A DNA stretch of 55,722 bases from Calditrichaceae bacterium (GCA_050178385.1 JBFXGD010000003.1:1-55722); one strand, 5' to 3'; positions 39,209-51,723 are shown, counted from the stretch's first letter. Program-made: numbers and translations. The notes: generated by a model not told the origin, from the sequence alone.

Positions 39209-40135
39209 ATGGGCCGTAAAATAAAGATTGGCCTGGTATTGGGCGGTGGCGGAGCAAGGGGACTGGCACACATAGGCATTCTAAAAGTCCTTCAGGACCA
39301 TGGAATTCCTGTCGATGTAATTGTAGGAACGAGTATGGGCGCCATCGTTGGTGCCTCATTTGCCCAGACACCGGACGCGAATCACCTGAAAAAGCAGTTC
39401 ACTGAATTCATAAAGAGTGATAAGTTTCGTTCACTTGATGATAATTTTTTTCGTCAGCAGCCGGGATATGAACCGGAAGACATTCTGCATCAGCTAAGCC
39501 GTGAAATTAAGCGCCGGTTGATTATCAATCTCGCGGCTCACCGTGTCAGTCTGATGAAGGCGGAACGCCTGGAGATTGCCTTAGACGCTCTCGTAAAAGA
39601 TGAATTAATAGAAAATACAAAAATACCATTTGCCTGCGCGGCGCTCGATTTGAGGTCTGCAAAAGATATTGTTTTTAAATCAGGCAAAATCAGAAAAGCG
39701 ATACAGGCGAGTTCAGCTATTCCGGGATTCCTTCCACCTGTTGAATATAATGGTTATTTGCTTGTTGACGGATCCGTCAGCGCCAATTTCCCGATTAATG
39801 CGGCGAGAGAATTAGGGGCTGACATAATTATCGCCCTGGATGTATCACTCTCAACTTACGCGGAAAATGGATTTGATAATGTGATTGATATTATCATCAG
39901 GTCAAATATGGCGGCGACACGAAAAATTAATGAGTTGACTCTTGGAGAGGCTGATCTGGTTATCTCGCCCAGAATCGGAAATATAACCTGGAGCGCCTTC
40001 GAACAGATAGATCATCTGATTGCTCAAGGGATAGTTGAAACGGAGAAAAGGTTGCCCGAAATTAATGAATTGATCCTCCGCAAAAAGGGTTTGTGGGCGA
40101 AATCAAAAACCAGATTTAGTCATATTTTAAAATGA
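39209..40135 (+). CDS. Patatin-like phospholipase (RssA/NTE family)
   Basis: GGGGARG, GTSMG, ASSAIPG, LVDGS. Confidence 0.92.
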   Translation: MGRKIKIGLVLGGGGARGLAHIGILKVLQDHGIPVDVIVGTSMGAIVGASFAQTPDANHLKKQFTEFIKSDKFRSLDDNFFRQQPGYEPEDILHQLSREIKRRLIINLAAHRVSLMKAERLEIALDALVKDELIENTKIPFACAALDLRSAKDIVFKSGKIRKAIQASSAIPGFLPPVEYNGYLLVDGSVSANFPINAARELGADIIIALDVSLSTYAENGFDNVIDIIIRSNMAATRKINELTLGEADLVISPRIGNITWSAFEQIDHLIAQGIVETEKRLPEINELILRKKGLWAKSKTRFSHILK

Positions 40136-40291
40136 TATATTTGATCATATGCAATGATGCGTTTCAAAGCAGCACAGATGAAACTTTATGCTATTTATAA
40201 AATTTAATGATTATGATAATTGCAAATTAAGCAAGTTGGATATTAATATAAAGATTTTTGAATTGGACCGGAACTGAGACTCAATGGAGTA

Positions 40292-41464
40292 TTGATGAAA
40301 AGGGCTATTGTAATTATTCTTGACGGTGTGGGGATCGGGGAGCTTCCCGATGCGGGTATTTATGGAGATGAAGGAAGCAACACATTAAGCAATCTTGCTG
40401 ACAATGTTGGCGGATTGCATTTACCGAACCTTGAAAAATTGGGATTAGGAAAAATTTTTTCAATCAAAGGGCTCCGTTCTGATCTGCAGGCTGACGGGAA
40501 TTATGGGAAAATGGCGGAAATTTCTCCCGGAAAAGATTCAACGACAGGACATTGGGAATTAGCGGGGTTGATCCTCGACAAACCGTTTCCGACCTATCCA
40601 AAAGGGTTTCCCGCGGATGTCATTGATGAATTTACGAAATTAACCGGTCTCGAAATACTGGGAAACATTCCCGCATCGGGTACAGAAATTATTAAAGAGC
40701 TCGGGGATGAACATGTAAAGACGGGCAAACCGATTGTCTATACTTCCGCTGATTCTGTTTTCCAGATAGCAGCGCATGATTCGATTATTCCGCTTGAAAA
40801 ATTATATGAGCTGTGTCAAATCGCGAGAGATATGCTAACCGGTGAACATGCGGTGGCGAGAGTAATCGCGCGACCTTTTGATGGTAACAGCGCGGTTGAT
40901 TTCGCGCGCACCAAATACAGAAAAGATTTTTCTCTTGAACCGTTTTCGAAAACTATACACCAAATATTTACGGAGACCGGCATTCCCACTGTTGGAATCG
41001 GCAAGATAAATGATCTTTATGCAAGAGCGGGTATCGCGAAGAGCGTGAATACTAAAACAAATGCTGAGGGAATGACGGCGATATTGAATGAAATGGAAGA
41101 AACAGAATCCGGTTTTATAATGGCGAATTTGGTTGATTTTGATATGCTGTGGGGGCATAGAAATAATCCGCGGGGATTTTATTCTGCTCTGCAGGAATTT
41201 GATTCCTGGCTGCCGGATTTTCAATCCAGGTTAACGGAAAATGACCTGGTTGTTTTTACCGCAGATCATGGTAACGACCCGACGACAACAAGTACGGATC
41301 ATTCAAGGGAATACGTTCCTGTCGTGACATTTGGGCCGGCTTTAAAAAAAGATCAGAATATCGGCGTACGGGAATCATTTGCTGATCTTCAGGCCACTCT
41401 TGCGGAATATTTTAATGTCGGGTCAACGGGATTTGGAAAAAGTTTTCTTGATAAAATAATTTAG
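40292..41464 (+). CDS. deoB: Phosphopentomutase
   Basis: ILDGVGIG, GKDSTTGHWE, YTSADSVFQIAAH, RVIARPF, NLVDFD..WGHR, TADHGNDPT. Confidence 0.96.
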   Translation: MMKRAIVIILDGVGIGELPDAGIYGDEGSNTLSNLADNVGGLHLPNLEKLGLGKIFSIKGLRSDLQADGNYGKMAEISPGKDSTTGHWELAGLILDKPFPTYPKGFPADVIDEFTKLTGLEILGNIPASGTEIIKELGDEHVKTGKPIVYTSADSVFQIAAHDSIIPLEKLYELCQIARDMLTGEHAVARVIARPFDGNSAVDFARTKYRKDFSLEPFSKTIHQIFTETGIPTVGIGKINDLYARAGIAKSVNTKTNAEGMTAILNEMEETESGFIMANLVDFDMLWGHRNNPRGFYSALQEFDSWLPDFQSRLTENDLVVFTADHGNDPTTTSTDHSREYVPVVTFGPALKKDQNIGVRESFADLQATLAEYFNVGSTGFGKSFLDKII

Positions 41465-41478
41465 AGACAGGGGATAGC

Positions 41479-41751
41479 GTGATACTTGGAAAAGTTGTCG
41501 GAACAATCTGGGCTACCCGGAAAGACGAGAAGCTGGTGGGATTAAAATTGTTAATTGTCCGCCACGTGGAACTGGATTATTCTTTAAAGAGCACCTATGT
41601 GGTTGCCGCAGACAGTGTTGGCGCCGGAGTTGGAGAGATAGTACTCATCACTACCGGAAGTTCCGCCCGTCAGTCTGCCTTAACTGAAGGAAAACCCGTT
41701 GATGCGGTGGTTTCCGGCATCATTGATAAACTGGATTTAACAGAACATTAA
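41479..41751 (+). CDS. EutN/CcmL family microcompartment vertex protein (BMC-P)
   Basis: MILGKVVGTIWATRKD..L.G.KLLIV, VAADSVGAGVGE, GSSAR, PVDA. Confidence 0.93.
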   Translation: MILGKVVGTIWATRKDEKLVGLKLLIVRHVELDYSLKSTYVVAADSVGAGVGEIVLITTGSSARQSALTEGKPVDAVVSGIIDKLDLTEH

Positions 41752-41753
41752 TT

Positions 41754-42020
41754 ATGGAATTAGCACGGATCATTGGTACAATCTGGGCCACTCAGAAAGA
41801 TAAAAATCTTGAAGGGCTGAAGTTGCAAATAATTCAGCCGATAGATATTTATAGGCAGGATGCCGGAAGCCCGATAGTCGCGGTTGATACTGTCGGGGCC
41901 GGAGTGGGGGAAACCGTTTATTTCGTCACAGCCTACGAAGCGGTAATTCCGTTAAGTAAAAAACCGGCATTAGCGGATGCCTCTATCGTTGGAATTGTTG
42001 ATAAGATCGAATTAAAATGA
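41754..42020 (+). CDS. EutN/CcmL family microcompartment vertex protein (BMC-P), second type
   Basis: ARIIGTIWATQKD..LEG.KL, VAVDTVGAGVGE, AYEA in place of GSSA, DASIVGIVD. Confidence 0.92.
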   Translation: MELARIIGTIWATQKDKNLEGLKLQIIQPIDIYRQDAGSPIVAVDTVGAGVGETVYFVTAYEAVIPLSKKPALADASIVGIVDKIELK

Positions 42021-42337
42021 TAACTTTATGGGAAAATTTGAAAAAAGGTTTGATTGAAGGGTTTCAATCAGCGAGTGATCTGACAGTAGAGTATACCCGA
42101 ATCGGAAGAGTAAAGATAGATATACTCGGAATCCGGAAAGAGATCGAAGAGAAATTGGTTGAATTAGGGGGAAGACTCTATCATAAAGTTGTTGAAGAAA
42201 ATAACCGGAACGCCGGCCCTGATGATGAGATGAACAAACTCATTGAGGAGATAAAAGTGCTGGAAGGTGATCTAAAAAAGTACCAGGATCAACTAAAAAG
42301 CATCAAAAAACCGAATGCAGGTAAGCAGAGTGATTGA
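42017..42337 (+). CDS. Hypothetical alpha-helical/coiled-coil protein
   Basis: 106 aa, ATGA-coupled to the BMC-P gene; amphipathic helices. Confidence 0.65.
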   Translation: MITLWENLKKGLIEGFQSASDLTVEYTRIGRVKIDILGIRKEIEEKLVELGGRLYHKVVEENNRNAGPDDEMNKLIEEIKVLEGDLKKYQDQLKSIKKPNAGKQSD

Positions 42338-42472
42338 AATAATGCCAGAATAAATTACGTTTGCAATATCTGCGTAAATTAATTAGTATTAGTCTAATGT
42401 ATAAGTTTATAATAATTAATAAAATATATCAGAATTATATAAAAACGAATTTAAAATATTGGAGTAATTTAG

Positions 42473-43318
42473 GTGAGCGACTTTTTCATAAGTAAGAATC
42501 AATCTCTGGAAAACTATTTAAGAGAGATCGGTGGAGTTCAATTGCTTACACCCGAAGAAGAAATTGATCTCGCACAGAGAATTAAGCAAAACGATCAACG
42601 CGCATTGAAGAGATTAGTAAGCGCAAACCTACGATTTGTGGTAAGCGTCGCTAAGTCCTACCAAAATTACGGTCTTTCACTGGAAGATTTAATCAATGAA
42701 GGTAATTTAGGGTTGATGAAGGCCGCTTACCGTTTTGATGAAACAAGAGGATTCAAATTTATTTCATATGCGGTATGGTGGATCAAGCAATCCATACTTC
42801 AGGCGATTGCAGAGCAATCGCGTCTGGTGCGTCTACCTTTAAACCGGGTCGGTACACTTACGAAAATCGGCAAGGTTTACAGTATGTTGGAGCAGGAATA
42901 CGAAAGAGAACCGACCCCTGAAGAAATTGCCACTGTTCTGGAAGTTGACAGTGGGGATATCACAGATACAATAAAGATGGCAACACGCTCGGTATCAATG
43001 GATTCACCATTACAGAAAAACAGTGACAGCAGACTGATTGATATTATTCAAAATCAGCAGGATCCGGAACCCGATTCAGAAGTTATGGGCGAATCATTGA
43101 AAGAAGAGGTTAATTATATTCTTTCGACGCTTAGCGCGCGCGAAGCTAAAATATTAAAACTGTATTTTGGCCTTGATGGTGAAAAACCACACACACTGGA
43201 AGAAATCGGTGTAAAATTTAAATTGACACGTGAAAGAGTTCGACAGATTAAGGAAAAAGCTCTCAGAAGGCTTAGACATAGCTCCCGAAGCAAGGTTTTA
43301 AGATACTATTTGGGTTAA
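42473..43318 (+). CDS. RpoD/SigA-family sigma-70 factor lacking region 1.1
   Basis: YLREIG...[56 protein letters not shown]. Confidence 0.93.
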   Translation: MSDFFISKNQSLENYLREIGGVQLLTPEEEIDLAQRIKQNDQRALKRLVSANLRFVVSVAKSYQNYGLSLEDLINEGNLGLMKAAYRFDETRGFKFISYAVWWIKQSILQAIAEQSRLVRLPLNRVGTLTKIGKVYSMLEQEYEREPTPEEIATVLEVDSGDITDTIKMATRSVSMDSPLQKNSDSRLIDIIQNQQDPEPDSEVMGESLKEEVNYILSTLSAREAKILKLYFGLDGEKPHTLEEIGVKFKLTRERVRQIKEKALRRLRHSSRSKVLRYYLG

Positions 43319-43345
43319 TTTGCGATAAAAATAACAAGTTTTAGT

Positions 43346-43376
43346 AAACTCCGCTTGATTGCGGAGTTTTTTTTTT
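43346..43376 (+). terminator. Intrinsic terminator after sigma factor
   Basis: AAACTCCGC / GCGGAGTTT stem plus T-run. Confidence 0.88.
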
Positions 43377-43467
43377 ATATTTTTAACTTTAAAGCATGGT
43401 TACTTGGTCGATAGTAATTAATATAGTTAAACTATTGATATAATATTCTCCTAGGGGCAATAGGTGT

Positions 43468-44418
43468 ATGAGAGATGAATCGCGTCTGATTTTTGTATCG
43501 CGAGATCAAGGTAAAGTAAAAGAAATTAAAATATCTCGTCTCAAGCTTACAGTTTACATTTCCATCTTTTTGGTCACTTTTGTTGTAGCCGGAAAATTTG
43601 GATTGGACTTTTTGATTGATTTTAGTCATAACTCCAGAATCAACCGGTTAGAGCGTACTAATGCGGTACTGCAAGCGCGTTTAGGAGAGATGAAAAATAA
43701 AATTAGTAAAATCAATGGTACGATGGATCTGATTGTCAGAAATGATGATGAGCTTAGAACCGTTATTGGGCTTAATGAAATTAATGCCGATATCAGAAAC
43801 GTTGGTATAGGTGGTTCAAATTTTGATTATGATTTCAGCGATGAAATCTCCGGTTTTGATGAAAATGTTGAATTAAGTACACAATTTGCGGAATTAGCCA
43901 AACTGGAAAGAGGTGTTCAGCTTGAACTGGACAGTTATAGAGAATTAATGAGTACTTTCCATGATAAGCAGGATTCACTCAAATATATGCCTTCATTAAA
44001 GCCGGTTTTACATTCGGTTGTTTCAAGTAAATTTGGAATGCGTTTTCACCCGATTAATCGGGTGTACCGTCATCACGACGGACTCGATTTCTCTGCCCCT
44101 AAGGGTACACCGGTTTATGCTACTGCCGATGGCGTTATACGATTCGCGGGTATGAACGGCGGGTACGGGAATATGGTAATGATTGATCATCATTACGGAT
44201 TCGAAACTGGTTACGGACATTTGGGTAAAATAGTTGTACGGTCGGGGCAAAAGGTAAAACGGGGAGATAAGATTGGCGAAGTGGGCAATACCGGACTTTC
44301 AACCGCACCGCATCTACATTATGAAGTGAGACATAACGGAAAACATCTTAATCCGATGACGTATTATTTTGATGATATGATTATGAATGAAAGAGTTGTT
44401 AAAAAAGAGTTAAATTAA
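43468..44418 (+). CDS. M23 family murein endopeptidase
   Basis: TM plus coiled coil; HDGLDF, YGHL, GNTGLSTAPHLHYEV. Confidence 0.92.
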   Translation: MRDESRLIFVSRDQGKVKEIKISRLKLTVYISIFLVTFVVAGKFGLDFLIDFSHNSRINRLERTNAVLQARLGEMKNKISKINGTMDLIVRNDDELRTVIGLNEINADIRNVGIGGSNFDYDFSDEISGFDENVELSTQFAELAKLERGVQLELDSYRELMSTFHDKQDSLKYMPSLKPVLHSVVSSKFGMRFHPINRVYRHHDGLDFSAPKGTPVYATADGVIRFAGMNGGYGNMVMIDHHYGFETGYGHLGKIVVRSGQKVKRGDKIGEVGNTGLSTAPHLHYEVRHNGKHLNPMTYYFDDMIMNERVVKKELN

Positions 44419-44425
44419 TCTTAAT

Positions 44426-44451
44426 AAAACCGCCTTTCGGGCGGTTTTTTT
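44426..44451 (+). terminator. Intrinsic terminator after M23 gene
   Basis: AAAACCGCC / GGCGGTTTT stem plus T-run. Confidence 0.85.
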
Positions 44452-44463
44452 GTTTTAAGGACC

Positions 44464-44682
44464 ATGTCCATGAAAGAAATAAATTTAAAAGTTAAAGGCA
44501 TGACTTGTCATCATTGTGTAAAAAAGGTTTCAGAAGCGCTTAGAGGTGTCAACGGCATCATAAGCGCGGATGTTGATCTGGATGATGGAATTGCATATCT
44601 TGAGACTGATGAACAGGTATTTGATATTGAATTCGCAAAAAAGGCTGTTTTATCAGCCGGATACTACATTGAAGATATTTAG
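44464..44682 (+). CDS. Heavy-metal-associated (CopZ-like) chaperone
   Basis: VKGMTCHHCV, AGY at C-terminus; 72 aa. Confidence 0.88.
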   Translation: MSMKEINLKVKGMTCHHCVKKVSEALRGVNGIISADVDLDDGIAYLETDEQVFDIEFAKKAVLSAGYYIEDI

Positions 44683-44980
44683 GCAATAATCCGCTTTTGT
44701 TTAATTTGAAATTTTTTGAAATGTGAAAACTTTCCTCCCAAAATGTTGATATAATATCGAAATCTATGGTCATAAAATTATTTCTTTATGAGAATAAAGT
44801 TAATTTTTGGATTATATTGAATAATACCTGGTCAATGATGTTTTAAGGTTAAAATGAGTAAATTATTCCGGCAATTTCATTTATATCAGTCAATGGATAT
44901 ATTTTGATAATAAAAATTGCAATTTTACATATGGAAGAAACAATTTATCATTCAAATAAATTTACAGATTCAGCAGGCCG

Positions 44981-46045
44981 ATGGCGGTATGGTCTTCTAA
45001 ATTGAAGACCGGGAGAATTGTTTACAATGTACCGGAGATATTTATGTTGAATTTTCTTTTTCTGTCAATTTCTATTGTTTGTATTCTTTTTACATCAGCC
45101 TTTTCTCAGGTAAACAAATCGGACAGCAGCGATATCGTGTTATATTTTACAGGTGATGTTTCTCTTGTAAATCATTTTGAGCAGCATGTTGCCAACAGGT
45201 TTGATTATCCTTTCAGTAATTTGTCTGCTATGCGTGATGCGGATATTTTTATGATTAATCTTGAGAGTCCGTTTACGGTTAGAGGCAATCCGGTTGAAAA
45301 GCAGTTTACATTCCGCGCCTCGCCTAAATATGCCGGAATGTTAAAAGAATCCGGGGTTGATATTGTTACATTGGCAAATAATCATATGTACGATTACGGA
45401 GAAACGGGTATTTTTGATACAATTGGATTATTGGATTCGGTCGGGATAAAACATGTTGGCGCAGGCAGAAATCTCATAGATGCGAGACAGCCGGTTATCT
45501 TTGACATCCACGGCTTGAAACTGGCCTATCTGGCCTATTACGGTACCGGGCCGCATAGTGACTCACATCCAGCCACAGAAGCAGACGCGGGCACTGCCAT
45601 GCGCAATCTGGCTTACATTAAAGAAGATATACAAAAGATCAGGGATCAGGTGGATTATATTGTCATTAATTTTCACTGGGGTGTGGAAAAGGCTAATTAC
45701 CCCGAAGAAAGCGAAAAATATTATGCCAGAAAATCCATCGACTACGGTGCGGATCTTATTGTCGGTCACCATCCGCATGTACTTCAGGGTGTCGAACTTT
45801 ACAAAGGAAAAGTGATTGCCTATTCTCTCGGGAATTTTATTTTCGGCGGCAACGGTCGTACATTTGAAACTTCGGCAGTGCTAAAAATTTTAATAAATCC
45901 GGCAAACAAAGGAATATACAAGGCGATGATTATCCCTATAGGAATCAGTTTCTGGCAACCATACTTTCTGGGAAATGAAGCATCAAAAGAGGTTATCAAT
46001 CAAATTAAAGAATATTCATCTGTTTTTAATCAATCAATATTTTAA
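44981..46045 (+). CDS. CapA/PGA_cap family metallophosphatase-fold protein (start may be ATG 45044)
   Basis: GDV, NLESP, TLANNHMYDYG, HWG, GHHPHVLQG, YSLGNFIF. Confidence 0.9.
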   Translation: MAVWSSKLKTGRIVYNVPEIFMLNFLFLSISIVCILFTSAFSQVNKSDSSDIVLYFTGDVSLVNHFEQHVANRFDYPFSNLSAMRDADIFMINLESPFTVRGNPVEKQFTFRASPKYAGMLKESGVDIVTLANNHMYDYGETGIFDTIGLLDSVGIKHVGAGRNLIDARQPVIFDIHGLKLAYLAYYGTGPHSDSHPATEADAGTAMRNLAYIKEDIQKIRDQVDYIVINFHWGVEKANYPEESEKYYARKSIDYGADLIVGHHPHVLQGVELYKGKVIAYSLGNFIFGGNGRTFETSAVLKILINPANKGIYKAMIIPIGISFWQPYFLGNEASKEVINQIKEYSSVFNQSIF

Positions 46046-46053
46046 AAAAAAGT

Positions 46054-47637
46054 ATGCCAATATTGTCCGAAAAACCAATAATGTACAAGCAAATATTGCT
46101 TTGTATTCTGATCATCTTCTATTGCGTTGGATCAATTCATGCGCAGGAATCAGATGATGAAAGAATAATCCTTTTCACGGGGGATGAAAATGTAAACCGG
46201 ACTGAGCTTATTTCGCTTTTGAAGAGCAAATTTAAAAGTGAATTCCGGGAAGATGTTTTGACTGAGGACTGTAGAAAAATAGAAGAATACTATCAGGATG
46301 AGGGCTACCTCGAAGCAATATGTGAATATGAATTAATAACTACCGGTGACAGGGGGCTTTTGAGAGTTGTCTTCATTATTGATAAAGGTGAATTATTCAG
46401 ATTTGGCAATATTACGGTCGCGGGTAATAAGCATGTAAAAAAAGAATTCATTCTTGGCCGGTTAAAATTTAAAAGCGGTAGTCCATTTACAAAAAAAGCT
46501 ATTCTTGGCAGTCATGTTGCGCTCATGAAAAACGGTCTGTTTGATGATGTCGAGGTTTTAACTGACCGATATGATCAGGAACAGCAAATTATATCCGTGA
46601 AAGTATCGGTGAATGAAAGAAAGAAATTCTACACTGACCTGGGAACAGGAATTGATACAGAGGATGGTTGGCGTAATTTTATCGGTTGGGGAAATCGAAA
46701 TTTTGACGGTTACGGAAAACAGCTTAATTTTAATGTTCTTCATGCCCTTGATTATTCTGGCGGCCTCTATTTTAAAAAAGGAGAAATTACGGGGAAATAT
46801 ATAGATCCGGCTCTTTATTCTTATAAGCTCAGATTTGACTGGTCGATTTCTTACCTGACCGACAGGCCGAAAGGAGTAAATTTTGGATATGAGAGATACA
46901 GGTCTATTATTGGGTTCCACCATTTTTTAAATGAGCAAAGTCAAATTTCATATAATATAGTATTTGAAAAGAACAATCTGTTCATGGTTGAATTCGATGA
47001 AAATGACAAAACCTTCAGAGACTATCTTGGAAGAGATGAGAACAGAGGATTTGACATAATCTATACATTTGACAGTCGTAATAATTATATCGACCCATAC
47101 GAAGGTCAGAATATTGAAATTCGATTTAAAAATGCCTTTACGGTATTCGGCGGGGATAATACTTATGGGCAGGTGGATTTAAAACAAAGTTGTTATTTTT
47201 TAATAGGCAGTCAATTTGTTCTGGCTAATAGAATCGCTCTGAGCGGACAGTTCTTGTACGGAAATCAGGAGGAGCTTCCATCCTACATGAGATTGTACCT
47301 TGGGGGCTCCACAAGTCTCAGGGGGTACCCGGAAAGCTCTGTAGGGCCGGAGAACGATGACGGTTCGGCGCAGGGTGGGTATTATTCAATCCTTGATAAT
47401 ATTGAATTGCGATATTATCTGAGTTATAATACAAATATTGTGCTATTTATGGATGCCGGAAATTTGTGGCTTGATGAAGAAATGTTTAAATTAGATGCTT
47501 TGAAATATACAGCGGGATTAGGCTTAAGAGTTCATACCCGATTTGGCTTGTTCCGTTTGGATTATGGAGTAAAAATAACCGATTTTGATCAAAACGACCC
47601 GGGGAGATTTCATTTTGGTTTTGGTCAGGCCTTTTAG
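46054..47637 (+). CDS. Omp85 family (BamA/TamA-like) outer-membrane protein with about 2 POTRA domains (start may be ATG 46081)
   Basis: YYQDEGY and FGNITVAGN POTRA patterns; LGGSTSLRGY, FMDAGNLW, terminal FHFGFGQAF. Confidence 0.88.
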   Translation: MPILSEKPIMYKQILLCILIIFYCVGSIHAQESDDERIILFTGDENVNRTELISLLKSKFKSEFREDVLTEDCRKIEEYYQDEGYLEAICEYELITTGDRGLLRVVFIIDKGELFRFGNITVAGNKHVKKEFILGRLKFKSGSPFTKKAILGSHVALMKNGLFDDVEVLTDRYDQEQQIISVKVSVNERKKFYTDLGTGIDTEDGWRNFIGWGNRNFDGYGKQLNFNVLHALDYSGGLYFKKGEITGKYIDPALYSYKLRFDWSISYLTDRPKGVNFGYERYRSIIGFHHFLNEQSQISYNIVFEKNNLFMVEFDENDKTFRDYLGRDENRGFDIIYTFDSRNNYIDPYEGQNIEIRFKNAFTVFGGDNTYGQVDLKQSCYFLIGSQFVLANRIALSGQFLYGNQEELPSYMRLYLGGSTSLRGYPESSVGPENDDGSAQGGYYSILDNIELRYYLSYNTNIVLFMDAGNLWLDEEMFKLDALKYTAGLGLRVHTRFGLFRLDYGVKITDFDQNDPGRFHFGFGQAF

Positions 47638-48019
47638 AATAATATGCGTGCTGGTTTTCTTTCTAAGCATCTCGCTTGAAGGTAATGCACAGGATACATC
47701 AGTAAAAAAATCGAGAGGGATCCTGAGCGGTGTACAGGTTGATTCGCTGCTTCAGAAATATCATCTTGACGGAGTCCGCATATTTGTGTCAAAGCTTGGC
47801 GTTCTTTCTTTAAAGGAAAAGAATGTATCTCTAAAAAGAAAAGATCTTGATGACAGGCTTTATATGAATTTTCAACGGTCTCTGTCCATGAATAGAGATG
47901 ATTATAATCTCAGTATGGAGTACCGCATCAAAAAAGGTTTGTTTTTAAAAGGTGAAAGCGCTAAAATTTTTAAAGGGACAAAAAACAGTTTAAATTTAGT
48001 ATATAAAATTGAGTATTAG
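47585..48019 (+). CDS. Small exported protein resembling the C-terminal beta-strands of TamB (start uncertain)
   Basis: Hydrophobic signal-like stretch; DRLYMNFQRSL, LSMEYRIKKGLFLKGES, NLVYKIEY amphipathic strands with terminal aromatic. Confidence 0.55.
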   Translation: MIKTTRGDFILVLVRPFRIICVLVFFLSISLEGNAQDTSVKKSRGILSGVQVDSLLQKYHLDGVRIFVSKLGVLSLKEKNVSLKRKDLDDRLYMNFQRSLSMNRDDYNLSMEYRIKKGLFLKGESAKIFKGTKNSLNLVYKIEY

Positions 48020-48027
48020 GAGGCAAT

Positions 48028-48314
48028 GTGTCGGTATCGTTACAGGAAGTTGAAAAGATTGCTCATCTTGCAAGATTGACTCTGACAGAAGATGAAAAAC
48101 AAAAGTTTACCGGACAAATAAATCAGATTTTATCCTATGTGGAAAAATTGGATGAATTGGACACTGAAAATGTTGAACCGCTCTCACACAGCCTGGATAT
48201 TACAAATGTATTTCGTAATGATGAATTAGGAAAATCACTCTCACAGGAAAAAGCTCTGGAAAACGCGCCAGGCAAAACAGATAAGTTCTTTAGGGTTCCG
48301 AAAGTGGTGAATAA

Positions 48315-48318
<4 letters not shown>
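48028..48318 (+). CDS. gatC: Asp/Glu-tRNA amidotransferase subunit C
   Basis: VEKIAHLARL, ILSYVEKLDELDT..VEP, NAP....FFRVPKV. Confidence 0.93.
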
Positions 48319-50691
<2,373 letters not shown>

Positions 50692-50754
50692 CAATCATGA
50701 TTTGTTAAATCTGATCCTGAATATTTTTTACCATCTTATTCCTGAGATATTAAA

Positions 50755-51723
50755 ATGACGTCTGTAAAAACACTGCCTCAATGTATTATTCTTTTTAAGA
50801 CAGAAAGTAAATATTATGAGGAATTAAAAAACAAACTTCTGGAATGGGGTATAGAAGTTCTTGAAGCGGACATCTACGCCAGAATCCGAAACAATCCACG
50901 GGTTACTGAAGCTAGTGTCGCTGTGGCTATAATCGGAGACGAGGATAAAAAGGGTATCGACTTTTTGAAATCCATCATGCGCGCCAATCATCTTGTGCAA
51001 AGATTTATGATGAGTTGTTCGGACGACGCGGATATATATCATCAGGCAATCAATAAAGCTCATATCGATTATTTTTTAAAACTGCCGTATCATGAATATG
51101 AAATAGCAACATATTTGAGAAAAGCATACAGAAGATATCAGGAGCTAAGCATTACGAATGACAAAATAGATGCATTGAAAAAATTTACCGAAAACCTGAT
51201 TGACGATAATAATAAATACCGCATGGAAGCGGGCACGGATTCATTGACAGATCTGATGAATCGCCGATCCTGTGATATGATTATAAAAAAACTATGGCAA
51301 AGATATACGGAGCGCGGAATCGGATTTTCAATGGCTCTTTTGGATATCGATCATTTTAAAATGGTGAATGATACCTATGGTCACCAATCAGGTGATGATG
51401 TTTTGATAAAATTCGCGGAGATTCTGAGAAAAAATCAAAGACATGGCACTGATTATGCTTTCAGATATGGTGGAGAAGAGTTTATGCTTATTTCTTCAAA
51501 TGCCGATATTAGCGAAATGAGTAATTATGTGGACCGTATTCTTGATGAAGTGCGATCGACGATTATTCCCTCGAATGGATTTGAAATATCGGTGACTTTC
51601 AGTGCGGGTGTTGTGGAGACCGGCGACTATGAGTGTCTCGATGAAATGGTTGATCAGGTAGATGAAGCGCTGTATAAAGCAAAAAATTCCGGTCGAAACC
51701 GGATTGTTGTAATTAATCATTGA
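50755..51723 (+). CDS. Diguanylate cyclase with degenerate receiver-like N-terminus
   Basis: TDSLTDLMNRR, DIDHFKMVNDTYGH..GD, RYGGEEF, ALYKAK.SGRN. Confidence 0.9.
   Translation: MTSVKTLPQCIILFKTESKYYEELKNKLLEWGIEVLEADIYARIRNNPRVTEASVAVAIIGDEDKKGIDFLKSIMRANHLVQRFMMSCSDDADIYHQAINKAHIDYFLKLPYHEYEIATYLRKAYRRYQELSITNDKIDALKKFTENLIDDNNKYRMEAGTDSLTDLMNRRSCDMIIKKLWQRYTERGIGFSMALLDIDHFKMVNDTYGHQSGDDVLIKFAEILRKNQRHGTDYAFRYGGEEFMLISSNADISEMSNYVDRILDEVRSTIIPSNGFEISVTFSAGVVETGDYECLDEMVDQVDEALYKAKNSGRNRIVVINH

Noticed and set aside
44981..46045. Poly-gamma-glutamate capsule locus
   Set aside because: CapA-domain gene is alone; no capB/capC synthetase genes
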